Shown piece by piece: positions 35,241 through 45,800 of a stretch of DNA of 64,000 bases; within the stretch, counting starts at the first letter, position 1, and each line of letters opens with the position of its first letter. The notes below the pieces were generated by a model, which saw only the letters and a list, made by a program, of their open reading frames with translations, had not been told where the DNA came from and ran no database searches. The translations under genes and the position numbers were made by a program. This DNA comes from a virus, in IMG/VR virus record IMGVR_UViG_3300031857_000054, positions 43,018 to 107,017 of that record, one strand, 5' to 3'.

Positions 35241-38120
35241 ATGAATACTGGAAAAAACAGAGTTAAGGGTCTAAAGACGGAACTTTTTAAGAAGAAGTAC
35301 CAAACAGATCCTATGGTTAAGAATCCAACAGATATGTTGGGTATACCTGATATTACTAAAGATATATCTCAGTCATTGCCTAGTAAAGGTACTCCATACG
35401 ATTGGAGTACTGGGGCAGAACCTAACGTTAAACTCCCTGAGTATAACCCAGTTACTATTGATACAAAAGCTGAGAAAGCAGGAGATGAAAAAATTAATAT
35501 AGTAGGGGCAGAAGCAGAACCTTACAAAAGAGATTGGAGAGATTATGCCCGTATGGCTGTAGGTACAACCTCAGCTATTAAAGGTATTTACGATGACATC
35601 CAAACTCGTCAAGACAATACCGAACGTATTCAAAACTTAAATGACCGTCCTCGTTACATGCCTAATGAATATGAGTACATGGCAAGACCAGGAAGCCAAG
35701 GTGTAATCTATGCTAAGCATGGTGCAGAGATTCGCACAGGTACAGATTCAGGTGCAGAAGAAGCAGAGTTAGAGCGTGGTGAGATGTTTATGATGCCTAA
35801 CATGGACACATACATAGTAGGAGGAAAGAAGCATTCTCAAGGAGGTGAAAACTTTGTATTGCCTGAAGGTACTATTGTATTCTCTGACCATCTTAAAGTT
35901 CCAGGGTTAAACAAGACGTTTAGCGATGAAGCTAAAAAATACGACATTACTAAGTACAAAAAAATTCTAGACAACCCACACGCTAAAGCTGTTGATAGAA
36001 GTACTGCAGAAGTTTTGTTTGATAGAAACATGAAAAAACTTCAAGAGTTGTTTCAGATTCAACAAGGAATAAACGGCAACTCTACTGGTGAAATGGAACC
36101 TGAAGGTATGAGAAAAGGTCAGTTTGGTATGGGCAATCCTTCTGCAATCTTTACACCACAACAGCAAGAACAATTTCGCATTAATAACGCAAAGTTTTTT
36201 GGTCCTAATGCTCCAGTAGTTTTAACTCCAGAACAACAAAAAGGGTTCTACATGGGTCAAGGAATGTTCAACAATCCTAACTATACCGAACAAGCGGTGA
36301 CAAAGAGGGATTTTTCTACGCCTTACTCTAGTTGGAATGAAGAGAACTTAAGTACTAAAGCTGATGAAGCTGAAGCAGAGACTAAAAGACAAAAAGACTT
36401 TTTAGACAATCTAAAAGACACTGTAGATAATGCAGTAGCCAACAGCAGAATAGATGCAGATACAGGTATTAGAATGCTTGGCAATATGGAAGATAACTAT
36501 TCTTTCTACAACGCTGCACAGAATCAACCAAACAACCCTGCCACTTTAGGCGCTACTGCTACTCCTAGTCTTAATACAGCCACTGAGCAGAATAAGCAAG
36601 TACTAAGTGACGAGACAGGAACTCAAAGTAAGACTAATGCAGCAGACCCTAGTTCTGTATACTACAAAACTTTACCTAATGGTAAGAAGATCTTTATTGA
36701 GAACCAAGGAGAATTTGCAGGTAAACAATTAGCCGAGCAATATGGCAATGACCCTACTAACTTATTAAGAAATAGATTGAATGAGTTTGGAGACGAACTC
36801 AATCCATTGTTAACAGATGCATTCAACAATACTGTAAAGAATGAAGGCTTAAAAATCAGTAGTGCCGACGAACTAGTAAATATCCTAGAAGGTGGAAACT
36901 CAGACCTAACAGCTATCCGTAACTTCTATAAAGGTATGGGCCAAGAGGCTGAGTTGTTTGACTTCCAGTTAGACAAGGGATACGATCCAGATATCCAAAG
37001 ACAAAAGGCTGCTGAGAAGTACAAAGCTTATATAGAATCTTCACAGTTTGTTGAGGATGTAAAGGCAGGTAGAACTAGTCCTAACTCTTTGCCTTTTTTG
37101 AAGAATAAGCCAGTAGCATACAAAGATGCTAATGGTCAGACTAGGTATAAGATAGATAACCCTGAGTTAAACCTTGATGCTGTACAAAAGTATCAAGCTG
37201 CTTACAAAGCAATTGCTTCTGTAAAACAAGCAGAGAAAAAAAGAGGTAAAGACAAGGACCGTCTTAGAGGATTTAAAGTAGCCCCCGAAGGTTTAGCAGA
37301 CCAAATGTTTTTAGGTATGCCTATCTCTGATGATGATAGACGACACGGTAATACTGCTATGGGCCAATTGTTAGGCTTTGAGGACGAACCTTTGAAACCT
37401 AAAGAGAAACCAGGAGAAGAGCGTAAACGCAAAGATCCAGGAAAAGGTTATAATAAACAACTTGAAGGTGCTACAATGGGTAAGTACAACCCTGAAGGTT
37501 TTGACTATCCTCAGTTAGCTCCTGAGATTTACGGTGTAGCAGCATCTCAGATGTTTGCATATGCACCTATGGACTATAATGCTCCTTACTTGATGCCTCA
37601 AACATTAAACATTCAACCTCAGTTACAAGATATTGACAATTCTTATGTAGCTGCTATGAATGCAGGAGGAGATCCAAACACAGCTTTGATTGCTACACTT
37701 GGTGCTAAGCAGAGAGTATTCTCTGAGAAGCAAAACTTTGATGCACAACAAAGAGCAGCTGCTGACCAGTATAACGCACAAAGTAGATTCCAAGAAGATG
37801 TTTACGATATGCAATCTTTGGATAGAGTATACAATACTTTGATTGCACAAGCAGATGACGCAGTTACTGCACAACGTCAAGCGTTGATTGCCTCTGCTAG
37901 TCAGAAGAGGTCTGTATGGAAACAGGAAGAAGCACGTAAACAATTCTGGTATAACAACTTTGTACGTAGCTTTGACTACGATCCTAAGACTCGTTCCTTG
38001 ACAGTAAAGAAAGATGCTGACAAAGAATTTGCAGCTCAACTAGAAGGTATGTATAGTAATACCGCAGGTATCCCAGAAGTAGATAAAGCTAAAAAGACTA
38101 CAAATACCAAAACCAAATAA
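35241..38120 (+). CDS. Internal cargo/ejection protein (crAss cargo-protein-1-like)
   Basis: AELERGE..GKKHSQGG..IVFSDHLK domain, Gln/Ala-rich helical C-terminus, no Cys, synteny. Confidence 0.7.
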   Translation: MNTGKNRVKGLKTELFKKKYQTDPMVKNPTDMLGIPDITKDISQSLPSKGTPYDWSTGAEPNVKLPEYNPVTIDTKAEKAGDEKINIVGAEAEPYKRDWRDYARMAVGTTSAIKGIYDDIQTRQDNTERIQNLNDRPRYMPNEYEYMARPGSQGVIYAKHGAEIRTGTDSGAEEAELERGEMFMMPNMDTYIVGGKKHSQGGENFVLPEGTIVFSDHLKVPGLNKTFSDEAKKYDITKYKKILDNPHAKAVDRSTAEVLFDRNMKKLQELFQIQQGINGNSTGEMEPEGMRKGQFGMGNPSAIFTPQQQEQFRINNAKFFGPNAPVVLTPEQQKGFYMGQGMFNNPNYTEQAVTKRDFSTPYSSWNEENLSTKADEAEAETKRQKDFLDNLKDTVDNAVANSRIDADTGIRMLGNMEDNYSFYNAAQNQPNNPATLGATATPSLNTATEQNKQVLSDETGTQSKTNAADPSSVYYKTLPNGKKIFIENQGEFAGKQLAEQYGNDPTNLLRNRLNEFGDELNPLLTDAFNNTVKNEGLKISSADELVNILEGGNSDLTAIRNFYKGMGQEAELFDFQLDKGYDPDIQRQKAAEKYKAYIESSQFVEDVKAGRTSPNSLPFLKNKPVAYKDANGQTRYKIDNPELNLDAVQKYQAAYKAIASVKQAEKKRGKDKDRLRGFKVAPEGLADQMFLGMPISDDDRRHGNTAMGQLLGFEDEPLKPKEKPGEERKRKDPGKGYNKQLEGATMGKYNPEGFDYPQLAPEIYGVAASQMFAYAPMDYNAPYLMPQTLNIQPQLQDIDNSYVAAMNAGGDPNTALIATLGAKQRVFSEKQNFDAQQRAAADQYNAQSRFQEDVYDMQSLDRVYNTLIAQADDAVTAQRQALIASASQKRSVWKQEEARKQFWYNNFVRSFDYDPKTRSLTVKKDADKEFAAQLEGMYSNTAGIPEVDKAKKTTNTKTK

Positions 38121-38132
38121 GATAAGTAACCT

Positions 38133-39821
38133 ATGGCTATTTCAGCACAACATACTAGATTTGTCACCAACGATTACGTAAATGCTCTTCCTGCAGACGA
38201 CCTTATAAAGGTTGCAATGAAGAAGCAGGAGATGTATGACGAAGGTCGAAAGCAAATCAAACAGAATCTAGATAACTACGGAAAACTCCGTGGTATGTTA
38301 TTGACAGATGACGAACGTAATTACTTTGACCAAGAGTTAAATAAGTTAGTTAAGAACGTACAGGAGAATGCAGGTTTGGATTTCTCAAACATGAATAACG
38401 TAGAGGCTGTTATTAACTTGGGTAAACCTTTTGAAAATGATGAGTACATTAAGGCAGGTATTGATTGGGGAGTAGAGTATCAGAATCGCCAAAAGCAATT
38501 GTCTGGTGTTGCTAAAGAAAAAAGAAACGCAGATAACGATTTAGTTTACATGTACGATATCCAAGAACACATTGAGAAAGGTGGTCTTGGTAAAAAAGTG
38601 CAGAAGAACAAAGCCTATGTAGAGTACACAGATATTACAAAGGAGTTACGTGAGATTGAAGAGAAGGTATCTGCTGAAACTGCTACTGTATTTAAAGAAG
38701 GTCCTGCAGGATATATTCAACAGGTTGATGTTAAAAGAAAAACTAGAGAGCAAATCATGGCTCGTCTTCAAAACAGTTTAACTCCTGCACAGCAAGCCCA
38801 ACTTCAGATACACGCACAAGCTAATATGTATCGTTTAGGTAACGATGTTCTTTATCAAACTTGGGTAGGTCACAACAAAGAAGAGAAGTTGATGTACGAC
38901 CAAGCTAAGAAAGAAGCAATGCAAGAACGTTCTAGGCTAACGTCTATAGACCCAAAAAAGATGACTGCCCAAGATAAAGCAAACTTGAGAGAAGTAGAAA
39001 GCATTATTCAAAAGAGTGAGAATTACATAACTGCAGCTAACGAAAACATTAATATGAACCCAGATGATTTTGATATGGGTGAATATGTTCCGTTCTTCAC
39101 TAGCAGGTTTATCAGTGGTATTGCAGGTAACTTGACTAAAGAAGAAGTTAAAGTAGAGTTGAAAGAAGATAGAGTGTACATGGAGAACATGAAACACAGA
39201 AACAGATTAGGTGAGATTGCTGCCCAAGGTGCACAGAGTAGATTGACTAAACAGTTTGAGTTTGAGCAAGAGAACTATTCTGTAGGTAGTCAAGTAAGCT
39301 TGAATAGTTTGAAACGAGTTACCAATTACATGAGTAAGGACTTTAAACTAGACACAAGCAAGAAACCTTCTGAACAAATTGATCAGGTTATCAATCAACT
39401 TTATAACTTAAATAACGAGAATGCCGCAAAACTTAGTCCTACTCAAGTAGAACTTTATGCAAGAGAGTTAAGAACTTTGCAAGCTGTTTACAGAACTTAC
39501 GAAGGTTCTAAAGGAAGTAAAGATAAAGTATCATTAAACAGATCACAGGGATTGGGTAGAGTGGAAACATCAATAGATGATTTCCTAACTAGACCTGTAA
39601 CTGATATCTTTAACTCTGGTTTAACTTTGGAGACAATGCAGTTTCGTAAAGACCTAGGAGGTTCTAAAAGTAGCGGAGGTGCCACTCCATCAGAAACAGT
39701 ACAAAAAGAGTGGAATACAAACTACGAAAGAGCAATCAAGTTAGGTCAATCAGAAGAGCAAGCTAGAGCGTCAGCTAATGCAGCAATGAAGAAAAAACTT
39801 GAAGGAAAAGAGACCGAATAA
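38133..39821 (+). CDS. Internal cargo/ejection protein
   Basis: Helical, Cys-free, precedes the giant-protein trio. Confidence 0.65.
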   Translation: MAISAQHTRFVTNDYVNALPADDLIKVAMKKQEMYDEGRKQIKQNLDNYGKLRGMLLTDDERNYFDQELNKLVKNVQENAGLDFSNMNNVEAVINLGKPFENDEYIKAGIDWGVEYQNRQKQLSGVAKEKRNADNDLVYMYDIQEHIEKGGLGKKVQKNKAYVEYTDITKELREIEEKVSAETATVFKEGPAGYIQQVDVKRKTREQIMARLQNSLTPAQQAQLQIHAQANMYRLGNDVLYQTWVGHNKEEKLMYDQAKKEAMQERSRLTSIDPKKMTAQDKANLREVESIIQKSENYITAANENINMNPDDFDMGEYVPFFTSRFISGIAGNLTKEEVKVELKEDRVYMENMKHRNRLGEIAAQGAQSRLTKQFEFEQENYSVGSQVSLNSLKRVTNYMSKDFKLDTSKKPSEQIDQVINQLYNLNNENAAKLSPTQVELYARELRTLQAVYRTYEGSKGSKDKVSLNRSQGLGRVETSIDDFLTRPVTDIFNSGLTLETMQFRKDLGGSKSSGGATPSETVQKEWNTNYERAIKLGQSEEQARASANAAMKKKLEGKETE

Positions 39822-39832
39822 TTAGATTCTAA

Positions 39833-42800
39833 ATGTACACCCCAGGAACAATCAAAGCAATTGGACTGATGTCAAAAGGCGTTAGTTCAGATAGGGCATT
39901 TGCAGAAGGCCGTAATATAGATTTACAAGCAGCACAAACTAGAATAAACTTCTATACTCAAGAAAGTTTAAAGTCTAGTATGCTTACTAGTTTACCTAGT
40001 ACTGCCTCTAGCACTAATATAAATACGCCAGGGGTAGCTTCTACAACTCCTGCAAAGGTTACTAATCCCACCCCTTCTACTACTATTAGTAAAACGTGGG
40101 ATGACATGATAAAAGAAGGCTACAAAAGAAACACAGGAGACGGTTCTTACCTAGCCAATGCACCTGGTATGGTTCAAGCACCCGTAGCAACTGGTTCACA
40201 AAAGAAGTTAAAAACTTTTTTTGATGATAGGTATATGCCTACACAGAAAGAGTTAGAGCAACAAAAGAACATTGAAGTAAAAGATGATTTACTTTATATA
40301 GAGAATTCACTGAAGAATAATGGTTGGGGAGTAAAGAATGCAAATGAAGGGATTCAAGTAGCAGCTCAAAGAACTGCTTCTATCCTAAGTAAGCCTGTGT
40401 CTGAGACTAGCTTAGTCGGAGATTTAACTAGTATGTTGACTCCTGAAAAACAAGCCGAAGTAAAAGAACAAGAGAAACAGAGAGTAAAGTCTTTTGAAAC
40501 TAGTGCTAGTAATTACTTTAAATCTACCAGTATTCCTGATTTAGTAAAAACTAAGAAGTTACTTTATACCGATATTGATGGTCAACTAAAAGATTTAGAG
40601 GAACAGTCTAAGTATTGGAGTCAGTCAGCTATTCGAAGTGGAGATCAACAATCTATTAAGGATAGCCAAGAAAGAGTAGGTAAGATTACTGCAAAGAAAC
40701 TTGAGTTAAACAAACTTAAGAATTCTCTTGAGGATACCTACGAAAAGAGAGTTACTGCTATTAAGAGTAAAGAAACAGTTGGTGCGTTAGAACAGTTAAG
40801 AACTAACTTTAAAACAGACGAAGATTTCTTAAAAAGTCTAGACTCTTTTAAAAACAAAGCAGGTGGATTGGCTACTGTTAGTAGCGACTTTACTAAGGTA
40901 CTTAAAGACATCTACAACGAAAACTACCTTGATAGAGCACTAACTGAAGCGGACATTGAAACAGGGGGTAAGAAGGTAATAAATGAAATTGCTCTTCAGA
41001 GATTTCTAGAAGGCACTCCATTGACTACTGGTGCTTTAGGAGAAGTTAATGAAAGTAGGTATGATGGCTTTAAAGGAGATTTAATCAAATCGCACCTACA
41101 ATTAGGTCAAGGTATTACTACTGAGTTGACCAATAAAGTTATTACTGCGGTAAAAAGACAAGAACAACTTGTTAAAGAAGCTGAGTCGTCTACTATAACT
41201 CCAAACAGACTACAGGAGATTCAGAAAGAAATCTCAGTACTGCAACAAAGTGTTGACTTTAATAAAAAGTTGATTGACAAAACTAGTGAGATTCATAATC
41301 CAGAAGCATTTAAGACAAACAAAGAGCTTACTAACTTCTTAGGTACATATGTAGAAAGAGAAGAAAAGAAAGAAGCTTTAAGTAAGTTTTACTTTAAGCA
41401 GGATTATGGAGTAGCTAAAGGAGCTTATATAGTAGGACGTACTGGTCAAAAGGTAGCACAGGGAGTAGCTCAGCAGTTTTTAGGAAACATAATTGAAGGA
41501 CTAGGAGGTGCTACAGGCTGGGAATGGCTAGAGACAAAAGGACGTAGATTCAATAACGCAGTTACAGTTGAAGAATTAGTAAACTTTGATAAGGTTAACT
41601 CTAGAGGACAATATCAAACTACTGCAGATTTTATTTTTGAAGATGCTGAAGGTAACAGAGAGTACAACCCAAGTGCATTAGTATTCCAAGGAGGTGAGAT
41701 GTTACCTCTAATAGTAGGGTCAATGTATGGTGGTGGTGCCATTGCAGGTGGTGCTGGCCGATTAATGGCTAGGAATTTAAAGACTCTAACTGCAAAAGGA
41801 ATGATGAGTAGTGCAAGAGCAGCACAATTCACAGGCACACTTGCAAAGACTGGTAGTTATAGAGCAGCATTTCAAAATGTAACAGCAGCTAGTAAGAATC
41901 CATTAGTACAACAGTTGAGTGCAAGAGTACCTAACGCAATGAGTATGACTGCAATTGTTTACCCCCAACAGTTTGTCGCTACTTATAGAGACTTATACGA
42001 GAAGGGCGTAGAGAATGCTAGAACTAAGGCACATGCAATTGCGAGTATATCTACAGGAATAGAAGTTCTTACAGAGAACATATTTCCTGATATGAAGTAC
42101 TTAGATGATTTTGCGGAGAAAGGTATCTTCGGCAAAGCCTGGGTAGGTAGTTATCAGCAATACAGAACTTTATATGGCAATGTTTTTGGTGATGCTTTTA
42201 GTCCTACGACTTTAGATTACTTAGCTACAAGATCTTTGAATCTAGCTGGTAAGGGAGCTTCTGTAGGTAGGTTTATGTTGGCTCGTGGAACTGAGGAAGG
42301 AATAGAAGAAGTGTCAGCAGAGTTAATGAACTTCTTTGCTGATAACGAAGGGCTAGCAAACTTAAAAGGAGAACCTGCAAAAGAATTAACAGTTGATGGT
42401 TTGATTACAGCATTTTCAGGAAGTTACTTTACGTTTCCAATCGGAGCAGGTAAACAGATAAAGGCACATAATGAAAATAGAAAGTATGGTGAGATGTACG
42501 ACATCATGCTTAATGCTCAGTACTATAAAAACAAAATAGACCAAGAGTTAAAGGCAGGTAAGATAACAGCCGACAAAGCTGCTACTGCTTTAGGTAAGAT
42601 ACAAGAGTTAGAGGCAATAGAAAAAGAATACGGAGTTCGTAATCTTAAGAATCTAGACAATAAGAAACTAGAGCAGCTAACAGATTTAATGGAAGATCAA
42701 CATCTTCAGTTTGATTACTTTAAGAACATCTTAAAGAAAAACTCAATTGATGAGAAACTTACTTCCTTAGACAAACAGACTTATACTGAAGACCAAAAGA

Positions 42801-45800
42801 AAGAGCTGATAGCTATGTCTGAAGAGGCAGCTAAGACAATAGACCAGTATAAAAAGAAGTCTGATTTCTACAGTCAATTAACAGATGAAGATAAAAAAGG
42901 AGTTCTTGACAATAGTATTAATGGTAAGTTACAGTTAACTCGTTTTGCTAGAACGGAAGACATAGAAAACTTAGGATCAAATCTTGAGGACTATGCGGCG
43001 ACGGTTGTTGCAAGTAGAAGACCTGGTTACTTTGTTGAAAGTATTAGACAGTACAGAGATAACGTCAAAAAGATTAAAGATGAAAGAGAGCAGGCCGAGC
43101 AAGATGCAATTGCAGGAGGCACTTATAATCCTTTAGTTGACGCTATAGAGAACAAAACTCCCACCACTACTCCTACTAGTATTACATCACAAGATGAACT
43201 TCAAGGAGTATTAGCACAAGCTGTCATGGCTCCAGACAGAGGCGGAGACTTAGTTGCTTATTTTAATGGATCATTTGATCAGCAGTTAGAAGCAATTGAA
43301 GCAGATACAGAAAGAGTTACTGCAATGTACTTAGAGTCAGTATCTAGCTCAGGACAAAGTGGTGACACTATAGAAATGCAACCTGATGGTACTGAAGAAA
43401 TCAGTACTCAAGAAAGAGATCCTATAGACAACGATAAGCGAATTGCGGACTTAACAGAAGAACAGCAAGATGAGTTGGCTGAGATGCTTGCTGAACTTAA
43501 TAATCAATACGATGATGTTTTAGAAAGAAAGCAAACTATTGCTAAGGTAGTTGGAACTGCTATAGACGCTGTAGCACCTAGCGAGATAATGGGAATGACT
43601 GATGCAGCTGCTCAGACAGAAGCTTACACAGAGTGGGTTAAAGACTTACTTACTAAAGTAACAGAGGAAGCAGAAGCTGTTAGGCAAGTTATGGCTGATG
43701 ATACTTCTTTAGCTCAGAGTGTTTTCTACGACAAGATATCTTATCTTGAATATAAAGCAGACAATAAAGAAAAAATTGACAAGAAGTTAGCTGAGATTAA
43801 AAAAATTAAAGAAGAGAGAAAAGCTGCTGAAACTCCAACTGTAGAAGAAACAAGAAATAATGTAACTGCTAAAGAGAAGTCAGAGGAAACTGGCAAAGAA
43901 GTTAGCATTGAAGTTCCAGAGTTGATTCAATCAGATGTAACTCCAGAGTTTGCACAAGGTCTTACTGCGTTGGAAACTATGCCAAAGAGTAGACTTACAG
44001 CAACAGCAAGTCAAGCAGCAGGAGATATTGTTACAGATGAAGAGTACAATGCCCAACGTGGTGTTGTTATTCAAAACCTATTAGGAGAAGTTCTAGGTTC
44101 TACTTCCTTGGATTCTGCTTTGGCTAAGATGTACTCTATTATGGAGGCGGCCGAAGTATCAGTAGAAGAGAAAGCAAAAACCTTAGAGTTAATGAAGAAG
44201 GTTGCAAACAGTGAGCCTGTGCTTGAAGAGGACTACACTCACATGTTTGAGTTACTTTTAATCAAAGCAAACCTTGACTTAGCAAAGCTTAAGTTTACAG
44301 GTCCCGAAGCAGAAGTTGAGGTACCAGCAATAGTAGCAACACAGGTTGACGAAAGAACTGCCGAAGAGATAGAAAGAACTACTGCCATTCCTGCTCCTGT
44401 AACTAAGAAAGCAAAGACTAAAAAAGTAGAGGCTAAGATTAGTTTACCTGCAGAACAACCTACTGCTGAAACAAATGTTATTGATACACTAGCAAACAAT
44501 CAAAAGATTGTAAGTGAAGTTAAAGTAGAAGTAGCTACAACAGAGGAAGCAAAATCTGAAGTACAGAGTAAGAATCAAATAGTAAGTACTAGTAAAATAT
44601 ATAGGCCTGGTGACCCAAATGCTAGAACTGCAGAGCATTTTACTATCCAAGAAAAAATTATTGAGTCTGTAGACAAAGAGTTTAGGACTGTTAATACAGC
44701 AGTAGTAGATTTGTTTACTATTGTGGAGCAAGTCTTAGGAGCAGAAACTTTAGTTAAGATGGAAGAAATCTTTGACGAAGTACAATCTAAACCTACACCA
44801 GAAAGACTGCAAGAGTTACGTGGGCAGTTCTTAAAACTATTCCCTGCAAACTTTATGGATATTGGGAAAATTGAATATATGTTTGATACTCAGATGGTTA
44901 AGAATGTTTCTCAGTCTGACTTAACACAAGTTAATGAAAGAAACCTTAATGCTACTGAAACTGAAATTTACCAGGTAAACAAAGGAAGAAAAGTTCCAGA
45001 AGTAAAACTAAAAGATGGTCGTATCATAAAAGATACTGTAGTAAGAGAGAGTAATGGAAAATTACTTTTGTTAAAAGCAGTAGATGTACTGGATGCAAAA
45101 GGTAAACCGATTACAGATAAAGAAGGTAAACCTATTGTTGATAAAACTTGGATTCGTTTTGAGCAAATAGCAAATCCTACTGAGATACTTGCCTACCCAA
45201 TAATAGGAACAGAGCCAATGACTTTTACTGCTTTAAATGTACTAACGTTTACAGTATTAGATGGTGATGGAAAAGTTCAGAAGTATAACAACAATGGGGA
45301 TAAGACAGAGTCAGGTAATAAAGTATTGATAACTTATTTGCCTACAAGTAAAGGAAAAGCAAATCCTACCCCACAGCAAAAAGCATTTGATACTATGAGG
45401 AATTCAGTATCCCAAGGAGAAAGAGTAGTACACAATGTAAAGATTACAGGACCTAGTGATAGTGATTCTGAAGTTACAATGCCAGACAAAACTGTTAAAA
45501 AAGGAAACTATGGATTTACATTCAGTACAGAAACTTTAACCCCTGTAGATAAGACATTACCTATAGCAGAAGTTGAAGAAGAAAAAGCAGTTACTCAAAT
45601 TATTGCAAATAAAGGGAATCAACAAGATTCTGTAAATGCTTTAGAGGTTCTAGTAAAGAAAGCTAAAACTATACCAGATCCTTCTAAAGAAGGTTACTTA
45701 ATTGACGGAGAAAGATATGAGCGTCAGTCAGGCTTCACTAGACGTGTTATGGGTAAGACTCAAGTAGATACAGAAGATTCTGTTATCAACATGGAAAAGG

